In this document: piece after piece, positions 1 through 10,972 of the stretch | How the letters are laid out: each line of letters starts with the position of its first letter | How positions within the stretch are numbered: the first letter of the stretch is position 1 | From: Desulfosudaceae bacterium | GTDB taxonomy: Bacteria; Desulfobacterota; Desulfobacteria; Desulfobacterales; Desulfosudaceae | Direction: 5' to 3' | NCBI GenBank assembly: GCA_963674745.2 | Contig: CAXXDV010000003.1 | Location: forward strand, 1,824,001-1,888,000 | Length of the DNA: 64,000 bases | Position numbers and translations under genes: made by a program | The notes under the pieces: generated by a model | The model's database searches: none | The model's input: only the letters and a program-made list of their open reading frames with translations | What the model was told of the DNA's origin: nothing

Positions 1-154
1 TAAAAAATATTCATTATTTCTATTGATGCATGAGATAGGCCACATAGTATATTGTTTTAAGCACTTCGGCGGAAAGCTTACAAATAGAAAAGGTTCAAGC
101 ACTGAAGAAAAATGGTGTGAGGACTATGCTTTAAATAAAATCAATAAAATCTAA
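1..154 (+). CDS. 3' end of HExxH protein cassette (copy of 6009-6485)
   Basis: Identical to the 3' part of 6009-6485 and to its attC. Confidence 0.85.
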   Translation, partial: KKYSLFLLMHEIGHIVYCFKHFGGKLTNRKGSSTEEKWCEDYALNKINKI

Positions 155-326
155 AAGCGGCACACAACAATCAAGCCCAAGTGGACAGCAAGGGCAGTCG
201 GGTTTTGAAAAACCGGGGGAAATTGAATAACCAAAACATTTAATCAAGTTGGTGGAAGCCCTTGCTGCCATTGGCTTGAGACGTTAGCCCTCGTAAAACG
301 TATTGTGTGTTCGAAATTTAAAATAC

Positions 327-902
327 ATGAAAACAGATCCTGAAAATGAAAAATGCTCAATTTGCAATTCATCCAGAATTATCAATGGATGCATAAATGA
401 TGGTGTAAGCAGGTCATTTTATATATTATATTTCGATATAGGCAATTCCAAATTTTTGAAAGGTCATTCAGGTGCTTCATTGAAAATTAATCCCTCTTTT
501 AAAACCTGTCCCGATTGTGGTCTTATTTGGAAAAAGATTGAAAAGACACGGGTTCGAGATTTTATTTCACGCTCTTCAAAAAACAAAAGAGTGATCGAAA
601 GAAAGAACAATCCTGGTTTATATGGGAATTGTGTAAATTGTAAATCCCAAAATATAATTTCTGGAAACTTTTATATTCTCCTACATTTAAGAAAATCGTT
701 TAAAAAAAGGGACGCTATTTACTTTGATCCAGGACATTTGAAAATATTTAGCTTTGCATGGAAACGAGGAGTTAAGGTTAATAGGCCGATAAAATGCTGT
801 GAAGATTGTGGTTATATCTTTTCAGAGATAGACAAAGATGAATTTAAAAGATTCACCACAAAACATTGTAAAAGTGACTTTTTTAATTTTTTGTATGAAT
901 AA
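327..902 (+). CDS. Cassette protein with two tandem Zn-ribbon-like (CxxC...CxxC) repeats
   Basis: CSIC..CPDC and CVNC..CEDC in two similar halves; ORF fills the cassette. Confidence 0.75.
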   Translation: MKTDPENEKCSICNSSRIINGCINDGVSRSFYILYFDIGNSKFLKGHSGASLKINPSFKTCPDCGLIWKKIEKTRVRDFISRSSKNKRVIERKNNPGLYGNCVNCKSQNIISGNFYILLHLRKSFKKRDAIYFDPGHLKIFSFAWKRGVKVNRPIKCCEDCGYIFSEIDKDEFKRFTTKHCKSDFFNFLYE

Positions 903-1053
903 ATTAAGGGCTAACCATTCAGCCCAGTAGGACCGCCAGGGCACTCGGGTTTTGAACAGCCGTGCTGAAATGAGAATCAGCCGACTTTAAGTCAGTCAGA
1001 GAAAGCCCTGGCGCCCTCTGGCTGAAGACGTTGGGCGTAAAGAAGGATATCGA

Positions 1054-1539
1054 ATGAATCAGAACATATTTACAATTCGGATCCCTGAAGAGGACGAAGT
1101 TTTTTCATTCAAGGTCGCCTCAGCCGAAATTTCAGCTTCTATAAAAGATGGTTCATTGGAGTTTGGAATAAATGTGTTTGCTGAAGAGAAAGAATTTGAA
1201 GAAGGAAATTTTGCTGAGCCATTTGCTTCATTGGGAAGCGTCATCCTCCCTTTTAATAATATCGAAGAGATGTTCACAAAAGGTATTGATATCGCGAATG
1301 GGTACGATGAGGAAAGCCCTTACTCACCTCATGATATGTATTTAACTGACCTATACTTTCTTGAGCATCTCGTTCTCAATAACAACATAATCGAATTCAG
1401 TAATTTCACAGGGGAAACGGTAGAAGTACGATGGACTGGCACTGCGAGCGAACATCCTGGAAGTGATGATAATCTGATTATTGAGCTTATAGCAAAAGCT
1501 AAAATATCTTTTGATGAAGAATTTATTCGACCGTATTGA
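1054..1539 (+). CDS. Acidic hypothetical cassette protein
   Basis: AAGGA RBS; fills the cassette. Confidence 0.8.
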   Translation: MNQNIFTIRIPEEDEVFSFKVASAEISASIKDGSLEFGINVFAEEKEFEEGNFAEPFASLGSVILPFNNIEEMFTKGIDIANGYDEESPYSPHDMYLTDLYFLEHLVLNNNIIEFSNFTGETVEVRWTGTASEHPGSDDNLIIELIAKAKISFDEEFIRPY

Positions 1540-1686
1540 TTAATTATATCGCCCAACAACGCCACTCACCCGGACTCGCAGGGGCGCGCGGCCTTGGGTT
1601 TGGCATAGTTTGGTGTTGAACGTACATTAAAAAAAGTCTGTACCCCCTGCTCGCCGGTGGTGGCAGACGTTATGCAGAATCAATTT

Positions 1687-2094
1687 ATGACTGACACTGC
1701 TTCAAAGAGAATTTTTATTATTATCTCATCAATAATATTGATACCTACTCCTGCCTTCATACTCTTCAAAGCCCTGCCGGCGATAAGCTTATCTGAAAAT
1801 TTTTGGGAATATTTCGATCATATTTCCGGCTTATGCCTTTTTGGATTTCTGTGGACTGGTTTCTTTATCTATTTGTTCCTTGGCCCTTGGTTACTCAAAA
1901 AATATGGGAAAAGAACTTTTACAGAAAGCTATGTATTATATTATTGGAAAAATTTTGAATCAGAATTAAAAGACATTGCACCTTCTATTAACGATTCATC
2001 TATTAAAATTACTTTTGCGATATTAAAAATCTGGAAGATAGGGATAGTGATAAGTATTATATTGAAATTATTCTCTGTATTTATAAATGCATAA
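1687..2094 (+). CDS. Membrane hypothetical cassette protein (copy 1)
   Basis: About 3 hydrophobic segments; stop is the TAA of the attC core; alternative ATG at 1672. Confidence 0.8.
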   Translation: MTDTASKRIFIIISSIILIPTPAFILFKALPAISLSENFWEYFDHISGLCLFGFLWTGFFIYLFLGPWLLKKYGKRTFTESYVLYYWKNFESELKDIAPSINDSSIKITFAILKIWKIGIVISIILKLFSVFINA

Positions 2095-2211
2095 CAAGGC
2101 AGCCCAAGAAGACATCCAGGGCTAAGGCGTTTTTGAACAACCGGGGATTATTGAACAGTAAACAACTTCAAGGAAGGCGGTGGAAGCCCTGGCTGCTTTT
2201 GGCTGCCGCCG

Positions 2212-2484
2212 TTGTGCGTATAAAACGCTTTTTGGAAAATCGAGCTACTCGATAATTTTTGGCAGGATGAATTTGAAACAAAGGGGAAAAAAGATATATT
2301 TTTCATCTTTGCGAATGAACCACCGGCATCGATCAGATCATGCGTTTCTGATCAGCCAGAAATTGGATTTTTTGAATTCGCCAGTCAATCCGGAAAAGAT
2401 GAAAAACGGTTTCTGTACTTTTTTGCAAAACTTTGTAACGAAAAGCCCTGCAAATTTTTGTGAATCACTATAAAATATATTTTC
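2212..2484. other. Probable gene-less cassette (type 2)
   Basis: Proper cassette ends (GTTGTGCG / CGCACAAC); only a doubtful 68-aa ORF (2267-2473); several inverted repeats. Confidence 0.55.
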
Positions 2485-2619
2485 GCACAACCAAGCAGCC
2501 CAAATGACAGCCAGGGCACTCGGGTTCGAAAATTCGGGGAAAATTGAACATTAACCATCTTTAAGGCAGTCGGAGAAAGCCCTGGCTACTTTGGCTGCAG
2601 ACGTTAAGTGCATAAAAGA

Positions 2620-3042
2620 ATGAGTGAACGTATTCTCTGTATCGTTCCACAGATAAATTATGACAAAATGACAAGATCTGTTGGTGATTTGGTGTTTACA
2701 AACCATAGGTGTATATTTTTAAGAACGCTATATGCTGCTGACATATTATCTATTTACTGGATATCTTTGCCTTTTATAAAGAGCAAGAAGAGATCATTAT
2801 CAATAAAGTCCATGACTATTAATGAGATTTTAGAAAGCAATTATCCAAAAAAAACAATCGAATATATAGCTGTTCAATCAATTTCTTATCGACAAAGTAT
2901 CTTTAGATCTTCTTTTATTCTCTTTGACTTGGATAATGGAAAAACAATGAGGTTTTGGGGAAAAAATAAAAGCATTAAGCATTTTTCAAAAGTCGCACAA
3001 GAGATAAATACAATAATAAAAGATACTAAATTAGGCACTTAA
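2620..3042 (+). CDS. Hypothetical cassette protein
   Basis: Fills the cassette; stop in the attC core. Confidence 0.75.
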   Translation: MSERILCIVPQINYDKMTRSVGDLVFTNHRCIFLRTLYAADILSIYWISLPFIKSKKRSLSIKSMTINEILESNYPKKTIEYIAVQSISYRQSIFRSSFILFDLDNGKTMRFWGKNKSIKHFSKVAQEINTIIKDTKLGT

Positions 3043-3171
3043 CCACGCCACCCACACGGACTCGCAGGGGCGGGCTGCTTTTGTCCTGGCAAAGTTTGGT
3101 GTTAAACTCACTTTAGCGAAATCCGCAACCCCTGCTCGCCGGTGGTGGCGGACGTTATGCAGAATCAATTT

Positions 3172-3579
3172 ATGACTGACACTGCTTCAAAGAGAATTTT
3201 TATTATTATCTCATCAATAATATTGATACCTACTCCTGCCATCATACTCTTCAAAGCCCTGCCGGCGATAAGCTTATCTGAAAATTTTTGGGAATATTTC
3301 GATCATATTTCCGGCTTATGCCTTTTTGGATTTCTGTGGACTGGTTTCTTTATCTATTTGTTCCTTGGCCCTTGGTTACTCAAAAAATATGGGAAAAGAT
3401 CTTTTACAGAAAGCTATGTATTATATTATTGGAAAAATTTTGAATCAGAATTAAAAGACATTGCACCTTCTATTAACGATTCATCTATTAAAATTACTTT
3501 TGCGATATTAAAAATCTGGAAGATAGGGATACTGATAAGTATTATATTGAAATTATTCTCTGTATTTATAAATGCATAA
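3172..3579 (+). CDS. Membrane hypothetical cassette protein (copy 2)
   Basis: Near-identical to 1687-2094 (3 aa changes), same attC. Confidence 0.8.
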   Translation: MTDTASKRIFIIISSIILIPTPAIILFKALPAISLSENFWEYFDHISGLCLFGFLWTGFFIYLFLGPWLLKKYGKRSFTESYVLYYWKNFESELKDIAPSINDSSIKITFAILKIWKIGILISIILKLFSVFINA

Positions 3580-3696
3580 CAAGGCAGCCCAAGAAGACAT
3601 CCAGGGCTAAGGCGTTTTTGAACAACCGGGGATTATTGAACAGTAAACAACTTCAAGGAAGGCGGTGGAAGCCCTGGCTGCTTTTGGCTGCCGCCG

Positions 3697-4102
3697 TTAA
3701 GTGCACTGAATCTGTACGGGAAACAAATAAAAAAAAGAATTTTGGCTGAATTCGACATTCATTGCCAAAATTGTAATTGTCACCAAGTTGATATTTTTGT
3801 CCAGTAAAGATAAATTGTAATTTCGAACTGGCGCGGCCAAATGATAATGCGCCTTTATTTGTCCGGATGAAAAGAGACCTACCCGTTTTCATAAGTTCAT
3901 GATGGACAAGGCGTAAAAAGAAAAATATCATTTTATTTTATTTGCCCATGCTGTCGTTTAAGTCTTTCTGAATAATGCGGGCACTTAACCAAGCAGCCCA
4001 AATGATAGCCAGGGCATTCGGCTTTTGAACATTCGGGGGAAATTGAACATCAACCACCTTAAAGTCAGTCACTGGAAGCCCTGGCTACTTTGGCTGCAGA
4101 CG
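3697..4102. other. Repeated gene-less cassette, copy 1 (incl. attC)
   Basis: GTTAAGTGC...GCACTTAAC; no + strand ORF; five near-identical copies. Confidence 0.85.
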
Positions 4103-4115
4103 TTGGGCATCGAAG

Positions 4116-4583
4116 ATGAAATACTTCTTCATAGCCACTTTTTTAATATTTTTTGCATGTGGATGCGAGAACTCCAATTCTACCTCACAGCCTCCACCAA
4201 AGGGATCTCTGTCTAATCATGAATTTGATGCGCAAGCATCTATATTGCTGGCAGGAAAATGGATTAACCACGATGAATATGAAGCCAGTGAAAAATGGTC
4301 GGAGCTTCACAATACTGTAGACTTTGACAATGATATTGAAGTTAAACGTTGGCTAGACTTACAAAAACAAATCTTAATAAACGCCAGTATGCCTGTAGGA
4401 ATAAAACGTTCTGCCATTCAAGAGTTCTATCTGCACCTCGATCATTCATATGAGTATGAAGCATGGTTTAAGCGGTGCAAGGATACAGGCTTCTTTAAAG
4501 ATTTATTTATCGACCAAAATGTTGATATTATAATTAATGCAATTAATAAAATGAAAAAAGAGCCCAACAATTCAGCCCAGTAG
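4116..4583 (+). CDS. Putative lipoprotein cassette
   Basis: Signal peptide with lipobox-like FACGC; stop lies inside the attC. Confidence 0.8.
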   Translation: MKYFFIATFLIFFACGCENSNSTSQPPPKGSLSNHEFDAQASILLAGKWINHDEYEASEKWSELHNTVDFDNDIEVKRWLDLQKQILINASMPVGIKRSAIQEFYLHLDHSYEYEAWFKRCKDTGFFKDLFIDQNVDIIINAINKMKKEPNNSAQ

Positions 4584-4702
4584 GATCGCCAGGGCACTCG
4601 GGTTTTGAATTTTTGAGAGAACTGGGCATTAACCACCTTTAAGCAAGTCGGAGTAAGCCCTGGCGCCCTCTGGCTGAAGACGTTGGAAGCAAAGGTAAAT
4701 TA

Positions 4703-5014
4703 GTGGGCAAAGCATCTCGATTAAAAAAGATGAGACGAATACAGGGTGCCCAATTTGAGAAAAAGAGAGATATAAAATCAGTTATAAGGCAGGTGACCTG
4801 GTTCAATATTTTGTGTGGGGCGTTTTTTATCCTTGTCGGCAGTATGTTTATTTTTGAAGGTATTGAGGCTTATAAAACTGGGGCTTTAATCCCTGGGACT
4901 TTCAAAGTTCCGCCTATGACAGGTCCGCAATCAATCTTAGCCGGATCTCTTATTGCTATTTTCGGTATATTTTTTGGTGGATATGAAATTTATAAAATTA
5001 AAAAAACGAAATAG
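4703..5014 (+). CDS. Two-TM membrane cassette protein
   Basis: GTG start with AAGGT RBS; two hydrophobic helices. Confidence 0.75.
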   Translation: MGKASRLKKMRRIQGAQFEKKRDIKSVIRQVTWFNILCGAFFILVGSMFIFEGIEAYKTGALIPGTFKVPPMTGPQSILAGSLIAIFGIFFGGYEIYKIKKTK

Positions 5015-5139
5015 AAAACGCTTCCAACAACGCCACTCACACGGACTCGCAGGGGCGGGCTGCCTTTGTCTTGGCATAGTTTGGTGTTGAACTAACTTTA
5101 GCGAAGTCCGCAATCCCTGCTCGCCGGTGGTGGCGGACG

Positions 5140-5545
5140 TTAAGTGCACTAAATCTGTACGTGGAAAAAATAAAAAAAAGAATTTTGGCTGAAATCGCCA
5201 TTCGTTGCCAAAATGGTAATTGTCACCAAGTTGATATTTTTGTCCAGTAAAGATAAATTGTAATTTCGAACTGGCGTGGCCAAATGATAATGCGCCTTTA
5301 TTTGTCCGGATGAAAAGAGACCTACCCGTTTTCATAAGTTCATGATGGACAAGGCGTAAAAAGAAAAATATCATTTTATTTTATTTGCCCATGCTGTCGT
5401 TAAAGTCTTTCTGAATAATGCGGGCACTTAACCAAGCAGCCCAAATGATAGCCAGGGCATTCGGGTTTTGAACATTCGGGGGAAATTGAACGTCAACCAC
5501 CTTAAAGTCAGTCACTGGAAGCCCTGGCTACTTTGGCTGCAAACG
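5140..5545. other. Repeated gene-less cassette, copy 2
   Basis: Near-identical to 3697-4102. Confidence 0.85.
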
Positions 5546-5556
5546 TTATATGCAAT

Positions 5557-5856
5557 ATGAATGATACAAATATCAAAAATTTGAAAGAAGCTGTTGGCTT
5601 GGCATGTGACGCATCGTACACGCCAAATATTTTGAAGGGGAGAGATATTATTCTCTCAATGCCAAAGAAATGGGTTCTTGAAAATATCGAAAATGTTGCG
5701 GCGGAAACGCTGAACTTATCCGACGAATGGCATTTTAGGCGGCTTCTGGAAGTTTACGAAACCCTTGATCAAGATTTGGTTACAAAATTAGTTGAGTTTG
5801 GTCTTAAAAGCACAAACGAAGAAATCGTTGAAGCCGCAACTGATTTTAAGAAATAA
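5557..5856 (+). CDS. Small helical hypothetical cassette protein
   Basis: Fills the cassette. Confidence 0.75.
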   Translation: MNDTNIKNLKEAVGLACDASYTPNILKGRDIILSMPKKWVLENIENVAAETLNLSDEWHFRRLLEVYETLDQDLVTKLVEFGLKSTNEEIVEAATDFKK

Positions 5857-6008
5857 TATTTTTGCATATAACAACGCCACCCACACGGACTCGCAGGGGC
5901 GGCCTGCCTTAGTTTTTGCATAGTGTGGTGTTGAACTAACATTTAAGAAGTCCGCAAACCCTGCTCGCCGGTGGTGGCGGACGTTGTGTGCTTGGGATTT
6001 GAGCCTAT

Positions 6009-6485
6009 ATGCAAATCATTTATGACAAAGTGTCCACCGATTATATATATCCATTGGGCGCTCGATCGGACATAGATGAATTAAAGGGCAAAATTGACGA
6101 TCACCTTTTAAATAAAATTTCAAAAATTCGATTTGGCTGTAATTTAAAAACAACCCAGGAAGCCCGTCTTGTTCAACGAGGCGAAAAATTTGAAATTAGG
6201 ATTAATTTTTGCCTCAAAGAATACAGATCCCCGATAATCACAGACAAAAAGGATTGGCTGCAGACCATTGAAAAGTTTGGCGGAAAACCTGATCCCAAAA
6301 GAAATACTGTACAGTGGAGCTTAGAAAGTGCTAAAAAATATTCATTATTTCTATTGATGCATGAGATAGGCCACATAGTATATTGTTTTAAGCACTTCGG
6401 CGGAAAGCTTACAAATAGAAAAGGTTCAAGCACTGAAGAAAAATGGTGTGAGGACTATGCTTTAAATAAAATCAATAAAATCTAA
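6009..6485 (+). CDS. HExxH-motif (zinc metallopeptidase-like) cassette protein
   Basis: LLMHEIGH followed by a downstream E..C..YA motif. Confidence 0.75.
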   Translation: MQIIYDKVSTDYIYPLGARSDIDELKGKIDDHLLNKISKIRFGCNLKTTQEARLVQRGEKFEIRINFCLKEYRSPIITDKKDWLQTIEKFGGKPDPKRNTVQWSLESAKKYSLFLLMHEIGHIVYCFKHFGGKLTNRKGSSTEEKWCEDYALNKINKI

Positions 6486-6651
6486 AAGCGGCACACAACA
6501 ATCAAGCCCAAGTGGACAGCAAGGGCAGTCGGGTTTTGAAAAACCGGGGGAAATTGAATAACCAAAACATTTAATCAAGTTGGTGGAAGCCCTTGCTGCC
6601 ATTGGCTTGAGACGTTATATGAATCAAGAATTTTAGAACTGGAGATACAAA

Positions 6652-7050
6652 ATGAAAAAGAACCTAAAATGGAAATTATTGGCCACTATCGTAGTATGCT
6701 GTATTGCAGTTTATTTAGTACTCACCAAACCAATTCCCCGTGGTATCGATTTGGCAGGTGGCACATACTTCACCATTGAAGTTATGACTGATGGCCTTTC
6801 AGATGAAAAGAAGAACGAAGCGGTTGATCAAACTCTTGCGGTATATCGTAATAGAGTTGATGAAATTGGCGTCGCTGGGACAATCATACAACGTGCAGGA
6901 GAAAATCAAATTCGCGTACAGATTCCTGGCATCGACACAAAAGAATCAGAGAGGATTAAAGGGATTTTATCAAGACAGGCGCACCTTGAATTTAGGGTCG
7001 TTGTAGATGGCCCTGGGAAACCAATAACAATAAATAATAAAAGCATATAA
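6652..7050 (+). CDS. SecD N-terminal fragment cassette (copy 1)
   Basis: TM1, then GIDLAGG, RNRVDEIGV..IQRAGENQIRVQIPG and LEFR motifs of the SecD N-terminus; GGAG RBS; 132 aa. Confidence 0.8.
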   Translation: MKKNLKWKLLATIVVCCIAVYLVLTKPIPRGIDLAGGTYFTIEVMTDGLSDEKKNEAVDQTLAVYRNRVDEIGVAGTIIQRAGENQIRVQIPGIDTKESERIKGILSRQAHLEFRVVVDGPGKPITINNKSI

Positions 7051-7177
7051 CAACACCATGCACTTGACTCGCAGGGGCGCGCTGCTTTTACAGTACCGTG
7101 GTTCGGTGTTTACGTGGCTTCGCTAAAGTCACGATTCCCTGCTCCCAAGTGACGGTGGACGTTAAGTACATAAAATT

Positions 7178-7588
7178 ATGATCACTCCGAATGATATAAA
7201 AAATAAAAAGATACCAAAGCAAATTGATCTTATATCGAAAGTATTGAGAGTTTCTTCAGAGGATACTGGAAACAAAAAGTATCAATTACTTGCGGTCAAC
7301 AAATCAAAAAGCCATATAGAAAATATCCGGGGAGAATTGCGATACTATAATCAATTCAATTCATTTATTGGTGTAGATTACGGTTTTTGCTACCAGAATG
7401 AAGTATTATCAAAAGAAGAATTTACAATTAATTTCGAAATAGATCCGCCTGAGAAATATTCGAGAGCTGACCTTGTTGTTTCTTTAGAAAACAGCAATTG
7501 GTATAAGAAGCATAAAGTCGAAATTTTAATTGTGGGAATGATCTTATTTATTATTTTTTCTGTGCTTCAAAAAATTTTTTTTAAATAA
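7178..7588 (+). CDS. Hypothetical cassette protein with C-terminal TM
   Basis: Fills the cassette. Confidence 0.75.
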   Translation: MITPNDIKNKKIPKQIDLISKVLRVSSEDTGNKKYQLLAVNKSKSHIENIRGELRYYNQFNSFIGVDYGFCYQNEVLSKEEFTINFEIDPPEKYSRADLVVSLENSNWYKKHKVEILIVGMILFIIFSVLQKIFFK

Positions 7589-7711
7589 TGGTACTTAACA
7601 ATTCAGCCCAGCAGGATCGCCAGGGCAGGCTTTGTTGAATAACCGGGGGAATTGAATATTAACCAACTTTAAGACAGTCGGAGAATCCCTGGCGCCCTCT
7701 GGCTGAAGACG

Positions 7712-8117
7712 TTAAGTGCACTGTATCTGTACGGGAAAAAAATAAAAAAAAGAGTTTTGGCTGAAATCGACATTCGTTGCCAAAATGGTAATTGTCACCA
7801 AGTTGATATTTTTGTCCAGTAAAGATAAATTGTAATTTCGAACTGGCGCGGCCAAGTGATAATGCGCCTTTATTTGTCCGGATGAAAAGAGACCTACCCG
7901 TTTTCATAAGTTCATGATGGACAAAGCGTAAAAAGAAAAATATCATTTTATTTTATTTGCCCATGCTGTCGTTTAAGTCTTTCTGAATAATGCGGGCACT
8001 TAACCAAGCAGCCCAAATGATAGCCAGGGCATTCGGCTTTTGAACATTCGGGGGAAATTGAACATCAACCACCTTAAAGTCAGTCACTGGAAGCCCTGGC
8101 TACTTTGGCTGCAGACG
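7712..8117. other. Repeated gene-less cassette, copy 3
   Basis: Near-identical to 3697-4102. Confidence 0.85.
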
Positions 8118-8140
8118 TTATATTTTTTAGAAGGAGCATC

Positions 8141-8581
8141 ATGAAGAGGGCAAAAATTTTTGTATTATCAATTTTGTTGTTGATCGCTGCTTCAGTAGTT
8201 TCCTTCTATTTCGGCGGAAAAGTTGGATTTCATCAAGGCTATTTTTATTGTAATGCCCAGCAAAAAATAATTAATGCAGCCGTGACAACTGAGGTTTTAC
8301 TCAGAATACGAGATAACAAAATTGACCAAACGAGAAGTTTGCTTGAAACAGTTTTGGATAGTCAAATTATAGGTCATAAATTCGAAATTGAAAAATTTCA
8401 ATCATTTCATGGGTTGTATTTCTATGACCGGGAAGAGCTACTGGATGAAGCATCTATCGGCATAATGAAAAGGGCATGTCAGTATCGGGAAAAATACCCA
8501 TACAAAAATGATAAAAGGACTGGCGCGGTTAATCAAAGGATAAAATCGGTACTTAATCATTATCTATCAAATGAAAATTAA
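8141..8581 (+). CDS. Exported/membrane-anchored hypothetical cassette protein
   Basis: AAGGAG RBS; N-terminal hydrophobic segment. Confidence 0.8.
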   Translation: MKRAKIFVLSILLLIAASVVSFYFGGKVGFHQGYFYCNAQQKIINAAVTTEVLLRIRDNKIDQTRSLLETVLDSQIIGHKFEIEKFQSFHGLYFYDREELLDEASIGIMKRACQYREKYPYKNDKRTGAVNQRIKSVLNHYLSNEN

Positions 8582-8716
8582 AATATAACCAAGCAGCCCA
8601 AAGGACCACCAGGGCACTCGGGTTTTGAACATTCAGGAAAAATTGAACATAAACCATTTTTAAGACAGTCGGAGGAAGCCCTGGTGCCCTCTGGCTGCAG
8701 ACGTTATAACGATTGA

Positions 8717-9172
8717 ATGAAATACCTAAAACTACTTTTCAAGATTTTGATCGGTCTCGTCGGACTTATTATAATCTTAAATATTTTTATTCTCATCGCT
8801 GAAAGTTACGAAACCGTTACAAAGCAAAATGGAAATGAAATCACTGAAATCGAAATCAAGAAGGTGTTTGGAAAAAAAATTTCAGAATGTACTATCAATG
8901 CTGACGGATTCTATCATGGCCCATCAAAAGGATGGTACCTCTTTAAAGGTGCCTTAAAAAGTGCGGGGAACTTTAAGAATGGGTATTGGAATGATCTTTG
9001 GACCTTCTACGATAGAAACAGTCAATTGATGATGCATATAGAATACAACATGGGAGTTCCTATCAAGATATTTTTACCTGATGGAAAAGATTTCAGAGAA
9101 CTCCCCAAAGAAGAATGGCCAAAACATTTAAAGTCCAAACAGAGTAGTCCACAAAGGGCGCATGAAAAATAA
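8717..9172 (+). CDS. MORN-variant repeat (YwqK-like) cassette protein
   Basis: HGPSKGWY..G.LKSAGNFKNGYWNDLWTFY repeat pattern; N-terminal TM. Confidence 0.65.
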   Translation: MKYLKLLFKILIGLVGLIIILNIFILIAESYETVTKQNGNEITEIEIKKVFGKKISECTINADGFYHGPSKGWYLFKGALKSAGNFKNGYWNDLWTFYDRNSQLMMHIEYNMGVPIKIFLPDGKDFRELPKEEWPKHLKSKQSSPQRAHEK

Positions 9173-9319
9173 ATGGCGCGTTATAACAATCCAGCCCAGT
9201 AGGATCGCCAGGGCACTCGGGTTTTGGACATTCGGGAGAAACTTGAACAGTAAACACCTTTAAGTCAGTCAGAGAAAGCCCTGGCGCCCTCTGGCTGGAG
9301 ACGTTCGACGTAACAGAAA

Positions 9320-9847
9320 ATGGATTATAACGGGCAAAAGATAAGCTGGTCAATTTCATCAGAAGATGAAAGCCTTACTTTGAAACGTAATAGCGGATAT
9401 CTACTGGACGTCTTATATATTGCCGTCCCAAGTCTCTTGCTCTTATGTGGATTGTTCTTTCTGACACTGGTAATTTCTGCATTTGATATTGTGGCTCTTT
9501 TTTGTATTTGTTTCTGTTTATTCAATCTTTTTGTTATTTACGCCATTTTAAAAACTGGAAGAATAGGCCTGAAAAGAATTGTTGTTTCGAAGCGACCGAA
9601 ATCGACAATTTTCTATTACCTGTTCGGCTTGAAACGAAAATTAAATGAAAATCCTTCACATATCCTGTTCAAATTTTATGACGCAAAATCTGAAATGATG
9701 ACAAATATAGTTTTTAAGGGGCACAAACATATAATCATCACCCTTTCCCGAGTCTTTGGAAGTGAAAAGGATTCATTGGAAAGAAGTATACAAATTGCGC
9801 AACCATTTTTAAATATGCTGGGGATATCGTATAAAACTGAAATATAA
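9320..9847 (+). CDS. Membrane hypothetical cassette protein
   Basis: Two TM segments; fills the cassette. Confidence 0.75.
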   Translation: MDYNGQKISWSISSEDESLTLKRNSGYLLDVLYIAVPSLLLLCGLFFLTLVISAFDIVALFCICFCLFNLFVIYAILKTGRIGLKRIVVSKRPKSTIFYYLFGLKRKLNENPSHILFKFYDAKSEMMTNIVFKGHKHIIITLSRVFGSEKDSLERSIQIAQPFLNMLGISYKTEI

Positions 9848-10005
9848 ACAATTAAATCGTCGAACAATTCAGCGCAAAAGGATCGCCAGGGCATTCAGTT
9901 TTTGAACATTCGGGGGAATTGAACTTTAACCATCTATAAGTCAGTTGGTGAAAGCCCTGGCGCCCTTTGGCTGCCGCCGTTATATTTTATGAAGGATATT
10001 TCTGA

Positions 10006-10518
10006 ATGGATAAGAAAAAATGTTTGATATGCTGTAGTGAAATAGATGTTCAGGCTAAAAAATGTCCTTTTTGTAAACACTGGCAAAATAAAATTAGCCT
10101 GGTGATTTGGCATCCATTTTTTACAGTAGCGATATTGCTTGTTCTTTACCTTCTATTCCAACAATTCTTCATTGATACACTTGGCCCTGGTGAGGATTTT
10201 GCTCCGGTAAGAAGTGAAATTGTTTTAAAGGATTGTACTATGGAGTTCGGTGAATCCAAATGCGGGCAAACAGTGGTCATTTTAGGAATGATTGAAAATA
10301 ATAGCGATCTAAATTGGGAAAAACCAAATTTTGAAATGATTTTCTTTGACAAGGATAAAAATATAATTGACACCGAACAGGAGGAAAATTACAGTTTTGT
10401 CCTACCATCAAAAGAAAAAGTCCCTTTTAAGGTATCGATTAGAAGAGAATTTCCGCAGGAACTTTATGACTCGTTTGAGATACGAATTGTAACGGCCAAA
10501 GAAGAAGGCCACTATTAA
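10006..10518 (+). CDS. Zn-ribbon + TM + FxLYD-like domain cassette protein
   Basis: CLIC..CPFC, one TM, then G.IENNS...FFDKDKNII. Confidence 0.7.
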   Translation: MDKKKCLICCSEIDVQAKKCPFCKHWQNKISLVIWHPFFTVAILLVLYLLFQQFFIDTLGPGEDFAPVRSEIVLKDCTMEFGESKCGQTVVILGMIENNSDLNWEKPNFEMIFFDKDKNIIDTEQEENYSFVLPSKEKVPFKVSIRREFPQELYDSFEIRIVTAKEEGHY

Positions 10519-10651
10519 AATATAACAACACGTTGGTAAGGGACCGCAAGGGGCGTCCGGTTTTGGCTCTTGCCACATAATTCAAAAACGAGTTTTCTGC
10601 GGGTGGCTCCCTCCCCTTGCGGCCCCACACCGTGGACGTTAGGTTCCAGAG

Positions 10652-10972
10652 ATGGAAGAATTGGAAAAATATTTTGCGAAAGTCATCTTTGGCTGGACGT
10701 GGCGTAGGTTTTTAACACTATGCGTTGCCATTAGTACAGTAGCTATGTTGGTATTCGCTTTGCTTTCCCTTTTACCATCCGAATCTCATAAAACGACAAG
10801 CTGGAAAGAGATTATTTTGCTTTCGCTACTCTTTGGGCCATTGGTGACAACCGCCGCTTTTCTATATTTTCGCTTCGTCAAAGGCCCAATGACATTGTCG
10901 AGGCTGCGATCTAAAGGCAGGACTGACGCTATCGAATTTTGTCATGAAATAATAAATAAAAACGGAACCTAA
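10652..10972 (+). CDS. Two-TM cassette protein
   Basis: Fills the cassette. Confidence 0.75.
   Translation: MEELEKYFAKVIFGWTWRRFLTLCVAISTVAMLVFALLSLLPSESHKTTSWKEIILLSLLFGPLVTTAAFLYFRFVKGPMTLSRLRSKGRTDAIEFCHEIINKNGT

Noticed and set aside
3653..3931. Repeated minus-strand ORF MIFFFLRLVHHELMK...
   Set aside because: Its length differs in each copy (77-145 aa), it runs into attCs and is frameshifted in copy 4.
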